Source: Thermodesulfobacteriota bacterium
Lineage (GTDB): Bacteria; Desulfobacterota_D; UBA1144; Nemesobacterales; N074bin48
Assembly (NCBI GenBank): GCA_041572575.1
Contig: JBFFSH010000026.1
Location: 1-31,965, forward strand
DNA length: 31,965 bases
Reading direction: 5' to 3'
Part shown: piece after piece, positions 1 through 9,685 of the stretch
Numbering within the stretch: position 1 is the stretch's first letter
Layout: each line of letters opens with the position of its first letter
Made by a program: the position numbers and the translations under genes
Notes under the pieces: model-generated
The model's input: the letters and a program-made list of their open reading frames with translations, nothing else
What the model was told of the DNA's origin: nothing
The model's database searches: none

Positions 1-173
1 AGGGTACTTCTCTAGAGTGAAATGGGCTTACAGAAACCATAGAGGACTGGCTAAACACAAGAGAATTAATTACTTCAAATGGTACACCTTTTTAAAGCAA
101 ATCTGACTCAAATTAGCACACATTTTTTGCAATTATGCCCAGAATGACAGAAAATGTGGACGTCTAGTATTCC

Positions 174-1580
174 TTATTTCGTAACCTCAACTCCAGTCTC
201 TGAAGTCGTAGAAGGCTCAGTTACAGCAGGTACATTCATGTTTTGAACCTTAAAGTTAAGCTCTTCAATCTTTTGCGTTGCAAACGGTTTTTGAGAAGGC
301 GAGACCTGCTGCAGGTAGTTATAGTTCTCTATGGCCTTTACAAACATATTCTGCTGCTCATAGCACTGGGCAAGCGAAAGGTAGGTCTGCTCTTTTACAC
401 TTGCAGGCGCTCCCGGACTGTTCTTTAGATTATACTCATTTGTTGCAATTGCAGATTCACAGTCACCCGCTCTTTGCTGTTTTAAGGCAACACCAAGCTG
501 CTTTAGCGTATCTTTATCAGCGAGCTCTTTTGGTGTATCAACTGCTATTAGCCTCGAATCTTCCTCTTCAATTGATTTTAATTTTTCAGTCTTCTCGGCC
601 GACCGAACCTGTTCTGAAACTTTGGCACTTGTTGCATAATCATGTCCATCCTGATCTGCAAGTTCTTTATTATCCCGTCCAACAGAGTCTAGTTCCACAT
701 CTCCAGATGGCCTGTACACTTTCTTTGCCATTACCTTACTGCTTCCTAGACTAAAACTGAACCCGTCGTCATCCTTTTTATTTGGATCGGCAGGAGCCGC
801 GGGAGATTGTGGTTTTGATTGTTCATTATAAACACCATTCATACTGTCTTTGGCAATAGCCTGATTCTCATACTCCACTGTTTTTTTATTTTCTAATTCA
901 TCCAATATTTTCTGTCTTGCTTGCTCAGCTGATTTTTGTTGCTCTGCACTTGGTTCATTTTTACCTGCAATACTTGAAGGCACTTTTTTAAATGATCTCT
1001 CCTGTCTTTCTGGTGTTTCACCCCTTAATGACGGAGCCGCCGCATCTCTTCTTCTCTCACCCTCTGCTATATTAGATGCAGATGCTGGAGCATTTTGTTT
1101 CCTGCCTGCAAGATCGTCTTTTGCCCTGAAATTACCCTGGCCTTTTACGATGGCTTTTCCGGCAATTTCTTGCTGAGGAATCTTTTCAGCCATTACTTCT
1201 CTTGAATAGTACTCTGGCTGATCATCAAAATCTCCAAATTCCGAGGTATTATCCCCTCCCACATTTATCCAGATCATAAGCGCTATTGCAGTTGTAAGGG
1301 TTGGAATAAGTATCGGAGAATAGAACCATTTTCTCCAAAATGGGACATGTTCATGCCTTAAATCCTGCCTGGCTTTTGCGCTAAGATTTTGCAATAAATC
1401 CTTTGATGGCTCGGGCAGAGTCTCGCTCCTAAAAGCGCTCTGTATCTGCTTAAACTCTTCATACTTGGTAGAACAGTTATGACATTGCTGCAGATGAGCC
1501 TGTATTATCTTGTTTTCCTGAGGCTCTATCTCGCCTGCCAGATAATCTATAAGAAGCTCTTCTACCCTTTCACACTTCAT
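174..1580 (-). CDS. Zinc-binding anti-sigma factor (zf-HC2/ZAS) with TM helix, long charged linker and C-terminal TPR-like domain
   Basis: N-terminal C...HLQQCHNC (HxxxCxxC); hydrophobic ILIPTLTTAIALMIWI; C-terminal YLSLAQCYEQQNMFVKAIENY TPR pattern; starts 2 nt after the ECF sigma stop. Confidence 0.85.
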   Translation of the reverse strand: MKCERVEELLIDYLAGEIEPQENKIIQAHLQQCHNCSTKYEEFKQIQSAFRSETLPEPSKDLLQNLSAKARQDLRHEHVPFWRKWFYSPILIPTLTTAIALMIWINVGGDNTSEFGDFDDQPEYYSREVMAEKIPQQEIAGKAIVKGQGNFRAKDDLAGRKQNAPASASNIAEGERRRDAAAPSLRGETPERQERSFKKVPSSIAGKNEPSAEQQKSAEQARQKILDELENKKTVEYENQAIAKDSMNGVYNEQSKPQSPAAPADPNKKDDDGFSFSLGSSKVMAKKVYRPSGDVELDSVGRDNKELADQDGHDYATSAKVSEQVRSAEKTEKLKSIEEEDSRLIAVDTPKELADKDTLKQLGVALKQQRAGDCESAIATNEYNLKNSPGAPASVKEQTYLSLAQCYEQQNMFVKAIENYNYLQQVSPSQKPFATQKIEELNFKVQNMNVPAVTEPSTTSETGVEVTK

Positions 1581-1582
1581 CG

Positions 1583-2218
1583 CTATTTAACACTCCCCAG
1601 ATTTTGTTTCTGTGAAAAATATCCTGCGCTAACTAAATATTCCCTCAGATTTGAATACGCCGTCCTAAGCCTCGTTTTTACAGTATTTAGCGGCGCCCCT
1701 GTAATATCCGATATTTCTTTTAATGACAGTCCTTCTATTTCCCTTAGCATAAACACCTCTTTCAATTCTTCTTTGAGCTCCTGCACGCCTTCATCCACAT
1801 ACTCTTTTATCTGTTTATTATAACTATATTGTTCAGGATCGCCCGAATCACTTTTTACAAGCTCCAAGTGAGTGGCGCCGCCTGCTTCAGCCGTTATTTC
1901 TTTATCAAGTGAACTTGTCTGTTTATTTTTATCCGTTCTCATATAATCAATGCACCTGTTGTTTGCAACCGTATAAAGCCATGTTGAAAATTTTCTCTCT
2001 GTATTAAATGTATCCCTCTTTTCAATTACCTTTATGAATATCTCCTGCATCAGGTCCTCTGCTGCGGGTTTTGGTATATTGAGCTTTTTCATGATGAAGT
2101 ACAAAATCTTTGAGCCATACTTGCTCAGAAGCTGATCGAACGCAGCACTATCGCCATTTTGAAAGTTTTCCATCAATTGCTCATCTGTAAGCTCTTTTTT
2201 CTTTGCAAAACCAAACAC
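1583..2218 (-). CDS. ECF (sigma-70 group 4) RNA polymerase sigma factor
   Basis: Region 2 AEDLMQEIF...FSTWLYTVANNRCIDYMR; region 4 EGLSLKEISDITGAPLNTVKTRL. Confidence 0.95.
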   Translation of the reverse strand: MFGFAKKKELTDEQLMENFQNGDSAAFDQLLSKYGSKILYFIMKKLNIPKPAAEDLMQEIFIKVIEKRDTFNTERKFSTWLYTVANNRCIDYMRTDKNKQTSSLDKEITAEAGGATHLELVKSDSGDPEQYSYNKQIKEYVDEGVQELKEELKEVFMLREIEGLSLKEISDITGAPLNTVKTRLRTAYSNLREYLVSAGYFSQKQNLGSVK

Positions 2219-2251
2219 AGCCGCGACCTTGTTTATAAGTTTAATTAATTA

Positions 2252-2277
2252 TACGACATTTATTCTAAAAAGTTTTG
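2252..2277 (-). promoter_or_regulatory. Putative ECF-dependent autoregulatory promoter
   Basis: Minus strand reads CAAAAC-N16-CGTA, matching the AAAC-N16-CGTA geometry of SigW-like promoters; overlaps a TATAAT. Confidence 0.55.
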
Positions 2278-2410
2278 GGAATTGATAAAATAATTATGAT
2301 TAAGAAAGATGAATACACCATTGTGCTTAAATCCAAAAAATTATATAATGATAACAAGACCGGAAGTCTAATAATTCCCACGCCTATCTGTTTTTTATAT
2401 AAATAGTAAG

Positions 2411-3160
2411 ATGAGAACCGTAGACGTAACAAATGCTTACAACCTGAGAAGAAAGTACTTTAGCTCCGAGTACACGCTTACAAACAAACACACACGGGGA
2501 ATAATTACAAGATCAATCCTAAACTCAGACCTAAGCGCTCGCACCTATGAGATACTTGCAGCATATTCTACCAGGTTTGATGATATAAAACTTATAAAAC
2601 TTACAAAGCCTCAAGAGAAGCTAAATGAAATAAATGAATGGCTGTTAAATGTTGGCGAAAATACAGGGTGGATATCGGAGATAAAAACCCCCAGCAGACT
2701 TCACAGTCTTAAAAATGAGCTCGAATCATTAAAATCTTCCGAATTAGAGCCCATGGAGCTTTTTGGAAAGTTTTATCCGGCATACATCAATATTATGCTC
2801 ATAGCCCTAGAAGATGCGCTTATACGAATTTATATAGTAGAAGACACAAAGTCACTGATAGTGCAACTTCACTCCATGTTAAATAATCTTTGCAATTTAA
2901 ATCCCGTGGGTGGACTGGAGCCTAACTTCAAAGCCCTTGTAGACATTTACTATAATAGTCTGGATACCGAAGAGAAAAACCCGCATGTGCAGTTTATAGA
3001 CACATATGCCCACACATCATTTATATGGTCTCAATGTGCTCAGTTTGTCTCTGACTATATAGAAGGACTTGAAACAGGACAGGCCTTCTCGCTTGAAAGC
3101 GCCAATAAAACCCTGCAGCAAAGAATGCAGAAGATTGCAAGCGGGTATAAGACCTTCTAG
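2411..3160 (+). CDS. Hypothetical protein, probably helical
   Basis: 249-aa ORF filling the gap; no recognised motif. Confidence 0.75.
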   Translation: MRTVDVTNAYNLRRKYFSSEYTLTNKHTRGIITRSILNSDLSARTYEILAAYSTRFDDIKLIKLTKPQEKLNEINEWLLNVGENTGWISEIKTPSRLHSLKNELESLKSSELEPMELFGKFYPAYINIMLIALEDALIRIYIVEDTKSLIVQLHSMLNNLCNLNPVGGLEPNFKALVDIYYNSLDTEEKNPHVQFIDTYAHTSFIWSQCAQFVSDYIEGLETGQAFSLESANKTLQQRMQKIASGYKTF

Positions 3161-3249
3161 CTCAAATAATATTGTTTTACTTTACCGGTTATTTGAATCA
3201 GTCTTAATATAATTTACTCTTATATATATCACTTATTGCAGGAGAACAC

Positions 3250-4362
3250 ATGATAGTAGGAATACTAAAAGAGATAAAGGCTGAAGAGAACAGGGTTTCA
3301 ATGACCCCCGGGGGAGTGGAACTTTTAACAGGGCACGGCCACACGGTGCTTATAGAAAAAAATGCGGGGCTTGGAAGCGGCTTTGATAATGCTCGGTACA
3401 AAGAGCATGGTGCTAAGATTGTAAACACGGCAATAGAGATTTATAAACGAGCAGACATGGTGATGCATGTAAAAGAGCCTCTGCCATCTGAGTACAAACT
3501 TATAAGAAAAGACCAGATTGTTTTTACTTACCTTCATCTTGCAGCTTCAAAAGAACTGACTTCTGCACTAATGAAAACTGGCTCGGTAGATATAGCTTAT
3601 GAAACTATACAAAAAGATGACGGGTCTTTGCCTCTTTTAACCCCCATGAGCGAGGTTGCTGGCAGGATGTCAGTGCTTCAGGGATCAAAATACCTGGAGA
3701 TGGAGCACGGCGGGCACGGAGTGCTTCTTGGGGGAGTGCCAGGTGTTGACCCCGGTACTGTTCTTATCATTGGTGGAGGCACAGTGGGTACTCACGCCGC
3801 AAAGACAGCTTGCGGCCTTGGAGCAAAGGTTTATGTACTGGATTTAAACCTGGAGCGTCTCAGATACTTAAGTGACATCATGCCTAAGAACTGTTTCATG
3901 CTAATGTCCAAACCCGCTACACTTAGAAGACTTATTGGAATAGCGAATGTAGTTGTTGGCGCTGTACTAATCCCCGGAGCCAAGGCCCCCAAACTTGTTA
4001 CCCGTAAAATGTTAAAGCTTATGAAAAAGGGAGCCGTGCTTGTAGACGTTGCAATTGATCAGGGAGGATGTTTTGAAACATCAAAACCCACTACTCACTC
4101 CAATCCGATCTATAACGTAGACGGCATTGTGCACTATTGTGTAGCCAATATGCCGGGGGCACTGCCCATGACATCTACTCTGGCTCTTACAAATGCAACT
4201 CTTCCCTATGCGCTTGAAATTGCAAATAAAGGCTGGGAAAAAGCGATGCAAGAAAATAATGAAATAAAACTTGGTGCAAATATTATAAATGGTAAAATTA
4301 CATATAAAGGTGTAGCTGATGCTTTTGGTCTCAAACACACTCCAATTGATGAGTTAATTTAA
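3250..4362 (+). CDS. ald: Alanine dehydrogenase
   Basis: KEIKAEENRV, FTYLHLAA, PLLTPMSEVAGR, GGGTVG, DVAIDQGGCFET, HYCVANMPGA; SD AGGAG. Confidence 0.97.
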   Translation: MIVGILKEIKAEENRVSMTPGGVELLTGHGHTVLIEKNAGLGSGFDNARYKEHGAKIVNTAIEIYKRADMVMHVKEPLPSEYKLIRKDQIVFTYLHLAASKELTSALMKTGSVDIAYETIQKDDGSLPLLTPMSEVAGRMSVLQGSKYLEMEHGGHGVLLGGVPGVDPGTVLIIGGGTVGTHAAKTACGLGAKVYVLDLNLERLRYLSDIMPKNCFMLMSKPATLRRLIGIANVVVGAVLIPGAKAPKLVTRKMLKLMKKGAVLVDVAIDQGGCFETSKPTTHSNPIYNVDGIVHYCVANMPGALPMTSTLALTNATLPYALEIANKGWEKAMQENNEIKLGANIINGKITYKGVADAFGLKHTPIDELI

Positions 4363-4373
4363 CAATACAGCTT

Positions 4374-4643
4374 ATGAGCGAAAATACAGACCTTGATGAG
4401 ATTCTCGATCTTATAGAAAGGCGCAACAAACAAAATACAGAGCAGTATTTTATTGACCTGCAGAGCAATGAAAAAGCTATATTGTCATCGGCTTCAAACA
4501 TATTCGCTGCATATATAGCATCTGGCATTGTCGCTTCAGGGGATGAAGAGAAGTTTATTCAAAAATCGGTAAAAGAGGCTATTAAAATTGCACTAAGAGT
4601 AGAAAAATTAGTTTCTGATGCTGAAGAAGAGCATAATATCTGA
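4374..4643 (+). CDS. Small hypothetical protein
   Basis: 89-aa ORF 11 nt after ald; probably co-transcribed. Confidence 0.75.
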   Translation: MSENTDLDEILDLIERRNKQNTEQYFIDLQSNEKAILSSASNIFAAYIASGIVASGDEEKFIQKSVKEAIKIALRVEKLVSDAEEEHNI

Positions 4644-4847
4644 CAAATACAATTTATATATTTCCAGCCACCACCAAGGCATTCCATGCGCCTTGCCTCT
4701 ATATATATGCTATCAGATTTCATCAACACCCCCTGTCCACAACGCCATATCAATATTGACAATCCAGCAACCATGATAACATATGAGATATGCCCCCTGT
4801 AATATGCAGTCTGCTAACAGGCAGCAAATTCACCAAAGGAGATCACA

Positions 4848-5744
4848 TTGCCCAGTTCCAGGAAAAAAGATAAATATGATAAATGGAGAAAAGAGATTGA
4901 AGAAGAGCGCAGGCAAAAAATTGCTGGTGAGGCTCCGGAGCCAGAAGACGCTCTTGAACTAGAAAATACTCGAGGGACTAATGAACCTCAAGAGCCCATA
5001 GGAGTCTACAATCCAAAACCTCAAAGGCGCATAAGAGAGCCATCATTTGGTGAAGAATTATCTAGCGTATTCTCTTATCCATTCTACGGAGAAGGAAGAT
5101 CGCTTATGATTGCAGGCACTGTATTTATTTCTATTATATATTTCCTGAATACATCATTTGGATTATTTAGTTTGTTATTCACTTTTTTAAAGTTTTTCCT
5201 GGTTTTTTATCTTTCAGCTTTTATGTTCAAGATCATAGTGTATTCATCAAGCGGTGAGGATGAGCTTCCTGATTGGCCGGATATCGTAGATTTTTTTGGA
5301 GACCTCCTGCAGCCTTTCTTCTATCTGATATCCACCATAGTTTTTAGTTTTTTGCCTACGGTAATATATTATTATTTTTACAGAGAAATTTCGTATACTA
5401 ATCCTATCTTTTTATTAACCGTGATCTGGGGAGTGTTTTACCTTCCAATGGGCCTCATTGCGGTTGCTATGTTTGGTACACTATCTGTCCTGAGCCCCAC
5501 GGTTATTCTTCCATCAATAAAAAGAATTACTTCTGATTATTTCACTGCATGCGCATCCCTCTTTATTATAATCGCTGTTGAGATTGCTGGAGAGCATTTA
5601 ATCAAGAAAATAGACTTTCCTATATTAACCATACCCGTATACAGCTTCCTTACGCTTTATTTTCTTGCAGTGGAAATGAGAATACTGGGGCTGGTTTACT
5701 ATACAAACAGACACCGACTAGGTTGGTACACTGAAGACTTTTGA
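4848..5744 (+). CDS. Multi-pass membrane protein (DUF4013-like)
   Basis: TTG start with AAGGAG SD; charged N-terminus; FSYPF and GEDELPDWPD motifs; several TM segments. Confidence 0.75.
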   Translation: MPSSRKKDKYDKWRKEIEEERRQKIAGEAPEPEDALELENTRGTNEPQEPIGVYNPKPQRRIREPSFGEELSSVFSYPFYGEGRSLMIAGTVFISIIYFLNTSFGLFSLLFTFLKFFLVFYLSAFMFKIIVYSSSGEDELPDWPDIVDFFGDLLQPFFYLISTIVFSFLPTVIYYYFYREISYTNPIFLLTVIWGVFYLPMGLIAVAMFGTLSVLSPTVILPSIKRITSDYFTACASLFIIIAVEIAGEHLIKKIDFPILTIPVYSFLTLYFLAVEMRILGLVYYTNRHRLGWYTEDF

Positions 5745-5797
5745 TTCTAATAAATGTTATTGAGACTCAAACGAAGAATGAAGTTATTTAAAAAACT

Positions 5798-6064
5798 TTA
5801 CTTCGTGTAATCATACTTATCATCCTCAGCGCTTTTCTTTTCGGCAGAATGAGAGATGTAAAAACTCACAGGGAAGATCACTATACAAAATAGCAGTATA
5901 ATAAAAAGCTGTTTTGCAATTTTTGCCTCTGTAGGAGTAGTCTCTCCAAACATATCCTTTAGATAAAAAATCACAAGATAGAACGAGCATATGCACCCGG
6001 CAAAGGCCGATGACATAAAAAGATAAGAGAAAAGATTAGTTAGATGCTGCCATAAAAATTTCAT
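5798..6064 (-). CDS. Small two-TM hypothetical protein
   Basis: 88 aa with two hydrophobic segments; downstream of frr. Confidence 0.6.
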   Translation of the reverse strand: MKFLWQHLTNLFSYLFMSSAFAGCICSFYLVIFYLKDMFGETTPTEAKIAKQLFIILLFCIVIFPVSFYISHSAEKKSAEDDKYDYTK

Positions 6065-6135
6065 ATAGGATTATTTTAATTGAAATATTTAAAGATGTAT
6101 AGTGCTGCTACGAAATAGATTTAGTCTAGCTAAAA

Positions 6136-6705
6136 TTAGATTTCCAGAATCTCTTTTTCTTTTTCCTGCAGCAGTTCGGCAATTTTGGCTATATGTTCGT
6201 CTGTAACCTTTTGTATTTGATTCATAAAGGTTTTTACATCATCTACGGTTATCTCGTTTTCTTTTTCAGAGTTCTTTATTTTATTATTTATATCCTTTCT
6301 GGAATTTCTTATAGATACTCTATAATCTTCAGACAGCTTGTGGACGTATTTCACAAGCTCCTTTCTCCTCTCTTCTGTCAGTACAGGAAGAATAATGCGG
6401 ATTAATTTACCATCACTCGATGGTGTTATTCCAAGATCAGACTGCATTATGGCCTTTTCAATTTCACTCGTAGCACCTGTATCCCAGGGCTGTATGACTA
6501 TTACCCGAGGTTCTGGCACTGAAATATTTGCAATCTGGCTAAGCGGGGTAGGTGTGCCGTAATAATCAGCCTTTATGTGCTCTACTATGGATGCCGACGC
6601 CCTTCCGGTTCTCATTCGGGATAGCTCTTTTTTAAATGCATCGATGGTCTCGTCCATCTTAAGGATTGATTCTTCAATATCATTTTCAATTTGTAGTTCA
6701 GCCAT
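6136..6705 (-). CDS. frr: Ribosome recycling factor
   Basis: RTGRAS, YYGTPTPLSQIA, LTEERRKELVK; canonical synteny. Confidence 0.98.
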   Translation of the reverse strand: MAELQIENDIEESILKMDETIDAFKKELSRMRTGRASASIVEHIKADYYGTPTPLSQIANISVPEPRVIVIQPWDTGATSEIEKAIMQSDLGITPSSDGKLIRIILPVLTEERRKELVKYVHKLSEDYRVSIRNSRKDINNKIKNSEKENEITVDDVKTFMNQIQKVTDEHIAKIAELLQEKEKEILEI

Positions 6706-6709
6706 AATA

Positions 6710-7426
6710 TCACTCCTTTACTACTGATCCTATTTCTTCACCCATAATTATCCTATAAATATTGCCTGTTTCAAACATGTTAAACACAATTATAGGTATT
6801 TTACCCTCCCTGCAAAGAGATATTGCCGTGGCGTCCATTACCTTTAAGTCCTTTCTGAGTACATCCATATAGGTTAGCTGCTTGAATTTCTTGGCATCCT
6901 TATGCACCATGGGATCTTTATCATATATTCCATCCACCTTAGTGGCTTTAAGGATTATATCAGCACCTATCTCCCTTGCTCTTAGAGTTGCCGCCGTGTC
7001 GGTAGTGAAAAAAGGATTTCCGGTACCCGCTGCAAAGATCACAACCCTGCCCTTTTCAAGGTGCCTTATGGCTCTTCTTTTTATGTAGGGTTCTGCGACC
7101 TGGTGAATTTCGAGTGCGGTCTGTACTCTTGTGACTATGCCCTCAGATTCAAGTGCATCCTGCAGAGCCAGGGAATTGATTACAGTTGCAAGCATACCCA
7201 TATAATCGGCAGCAGACCTGTCCATGCCGGTTGCTGTGCCTGCTACCCCCCTGAATATGTTGCCGCCGCCAATAACAATGCCAATCTGCACACCCAGGTT
7301 TTGAATCTCTACAATTTCTTTGGAAATTGCCTTTAGGGTATCTACGCAAATACCAAATTTTTCTTTACCCTGAAGGGCTTCGCCACTTAGCTTTAAAAGA
7401 ATTTTTTGATATTTTGGTTGCGGCAT
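6710..7426 (-). CDS. pyrH: UMP kinase
   Basis: [33 protein letters not shown]. Confidence 0.98.
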   Translation of the reverse strand: MPQPKYQKILLKLSGEALQGKEKFGICVDTLKAISKEIVEIQNLGVQIGIVIGGGNIFRGVAGTATGMDRSAADYMGMLATVINSLALQDALESEGIVTRVQTALEIHQVAEPYIKRRAIRHLEKGRVVIFAAGTGNPFFTTDTAATLRAREIGADIILKATKVDGIYDKDPMVHKDAKKFKQLTYMDVLRKDLKVMDATAISLCREGKIPIIVFNMFETGNIYRIIMGEEIGSVVKE

Positions 7427-7460
7427 GTATTAAGCTTTCAAAATAATATTTGGCCTTAAG

Positions 7461-8057
7461 CTACTCTCCAAGCTGATATCTTTGAAACCTTCTTATTTGT
7501 ATGTTCTCGCCTACTTTTGCAATCAGGTCGCTTAGCAGATCAGATATCTTTTTCTTGGAATCCCTAATATATATCTGATTTACCAGACAGTTTTCTTGCA
7601 GATACTTTGATATTTTACCATCAACAATTTTATCCGCTACTTTTTCGGGTTTCCCTTCCTCTATCACCTGAGCCTTCATGATCTCTCTTTCCTTGTTTAA
7701 TACCTCTTCAGGCACATCTTCTTCGGAAACATAAGTAGGGTTTGCTGCAGCAATCTGCATAGCAACTTCCCTTGTAAATTCCTGAAACTCATCGTTTCTT
7801 GCAACAAAATCCGTCTCGCAGTTTACTTCGAGAAGTACTCCGATCTTACCTCCGGCATGTATGTATGATGTTACCGTACCTTCCGGGGTTGCTCTTCCTG
7901 TTTTCTTTGATGCCTTTGCAAGGCCCTTTATTCTTAGAATTTCAATTGCTTTTTCTGCATTACCATCAGTTTCTGTAAGTGCATTTTTGCAGTCTACAAA
8001 CCCTGCACCCGTAGCGTCTCTAATTTCCTTTACCATTTGTGCTGAAATCTCAGCCAT
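7461..8057 (-). CDS. tsf: Elongation factor Ts (short form)
   Basis: [26 protein letters not shown]; overlaps the rpsB end by 8 nt. Confidence 0.98.
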   Translation of the reverse strand: MAEISAQMVKEIRDATGAGFVDCKNALTETDGNAEKAIEILRIKGLAKASKKTGRATPEGTVTSYIHAGGKIGVLLEVNCETDFVARNDEFQEFTREVAMQIAAANPTYVSEEDVPEEVLNKEREIMKAQVIEEGKPEKVADKIVDGKISKYLQENCLVNQIYIRDSKKKISDLLSDLIAKVGENIQIRRFQRYQLGE

Positions 8058-9054
8058 CTTTTGACTCCTCCTTCTTTGTTTCTTCTACTGTTGCGGCTGC
8101 TTCTCCAGCCTTACTCTCAGATACCGCTATAGATTCAGAAGATTTGGTAGCTCCTTCTTTTTCCTCACCAAACTCTTTAAATACAAATACCTTTCTTTCA
8201 ACCACCACAGGTGATTCCTCTTCCTTGGGTTTAACGATCTCACCGGCAGCTACTCTCTGATCATAAATGTGCTTGCCTTCAATTGCCGCATCGGCCACTT
8301 TTGAAGCAAACAATTTAATTGCCCTTATGGCGTCGTCGTTACTTGGAATAATATAATCAGCATCCTGCGGGTCGCAGTTCGTATCAACCACTGCAACTAT
8401 TGGGATACCAAGGTTTCTGGCTTCCCTCACTGCTATATACTCTTTTCTTGTATCTATAATAAACATCGCATCAGGAGCCCTCTTCATACCCACTATTCCA
8501 TTTAACAGATACTCAAGCTTTAGTATCTCTCTTTTTAGGCTTTTTGCTTCATTTTTGGGAAGAAGCTCCATCTGCCCTTCTTCTTCCATTTTTTTGAGTT
8601 CGAGCAGGTAATCCACTCTCCCTCTTATGGTGTTAAAATTTGTAAGTGTTCCGCCAAGCCATCTGGAGTTTACATAGTGAAGCCCGGCTCTGGTCGCTTC
8701 TTCTTCCACGATGCCCTGGGCCTGCTTTTTGGTTCCTACCATAAGGATTTCCCCTCCATCGGCAACCACCTGCTTTACGTATGCAAATGCGTCTTTTGAA
8801 AGTGTGACTGTCTGCTGAAGGTCAATGATGTGAATGCCGTTTCTGTTTCCAAAAATGTAGCTTTTCATTCTTGGATTCCAGTGGCTAATCTGATGGCCAA
8901 AATGAACACCGGCCTCTAGAAGCTGTTTCATGCTAATGTTTTCGCTTGCCTCCTGGGGCATAGCTGGCGGTGCCGCTGTGGTTGGCGCCTCTTGTGCTGC
9001 AGGTGGTGCTTGTGTCCCGGGTGCTCCGGGCACTTGTTGTACTTCGTCGCTCAT
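8050..9054 (-). CDS. rpsB: 30S ribosomal protein S2 with N- and C-terminal extensions
   Basis: [42 protein letters not shown] upstream of the ATG at 9054. Confidence 0.98.
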   Translation of the reverse strand: MSDEVQQVPGAPGTQAPPAAQEAPTTAAPPAMPQEASENISMKQLLEAGVHFGHQISHWNPRMKSYIFGNRNGIHIIDLQQTVTLSKDAFAYVKQVVADGGEILMVGTKKQAQGIVEEEATRAGLHYVNSRWLGGTLTNFNTIRGRVDYLLELKKMEEEGQMELLPKNEAKSLKREILKLEYLLNGIVGMKRAPDAMFIIDTRKEYIAVREARNLGIPIVAVVDTNCDPQDADYIIPSNDDAIRAIKLFASKVADAAIEGKHIYDQRVAAGEIVKPKEEESPVVVERKVFVFKEFGEEKEGATKSSESIAVSESKAGEAAATVEETKKEESKDG

Positions 9055-9100
9055 AATATACGCTCCTTAAAAACTCTCCTCAGAATTTGTTTATTTATAA

Positions 9101-9145
9101 AAATAAACCCGACATAAATAACATATCAGGAGGGTTTTTCAAGGG
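9101..9145. repeat. R1 direct repeat, copy A (probably overlaps the rpsB promoter)
   Basis: 39/45 identical to 10495-10539; minus strand has TTGAAA-N16-TATTTA. Confidence 0.85.
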
Positions 9146-9172
9146 TACAAACTTTTTTGTTAAGGATTATTT

Positions 9173-9231
9173 CGTCATCCTGAACTTGATTCAGGATCTC
9201 TTATTAGATTCTGAAATGAATTCAGAATGAC
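9173..9231. repeat. CGTC/GTCAT-tagged REP-like palindrome dimer
   Basis: CGTCATCCTGAACTTGATTCAGGATCT...AGATTCTGAAATGAATTCAGAATGAC: two inverted, internally palindromic units. Confidence 0.8.
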
Positions 9232-9261
9232 ACAAGGGAAAATACCCCAACCCAGAGCCAA

Positions 9262-9335
9262 ATTCTCAAATTGTCATCTTTTTACTCCTACCCCTGAAAA
9301 TATGGGAATATGACAATTTGAACCAGATTCCCCAT
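9262..9335. repeat. R2 repeat, copy A (inverted tandem 8-mers)
   Basis: About 57/75 identical by hand alignment to 10859-10933; contains the CAAATTGTCAT/ATGACAATTTG inverted repeat. Confidence 0.75.
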
Positions 9336-9685
9336 GTAAATAGTGTCTGTCACTAATTTGTCGGTTGCGATCTTTGTGATAATGATTCCAAAATATACTG
9401 CTCCCTATTAAGAACATGGTAAGAGATTAAGCTAGTAAGTTTTCTGAAATTCAGGAACGGGAGCAATGGCTAACCAAATATAAGATTGACGATCAATTTG
9501 TATCGTATCAGCATTTTGTATTTGACTCATAATATTATTCCTTGCAAAATGTCTGATATTAATATGTAATCTTAATGATATTGTATAATATTATTCAGGT
9601 AATTACCATATAATCACCATGCTCCATCAATGAGTTAACGTGCTTCTTCCACTCAATGTTAGGGCACTACTGAAGGAGACTAATT

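Noticed and set aside
2..106. Open frame GYFSRVKWAY...KQI* at the window start
   Set aside because: Too short and truncated; no recognisable motif
7461..8057. Truncated EF-Ts
   Set aside because: EF-Ts of about 200 aa is a known natural short form
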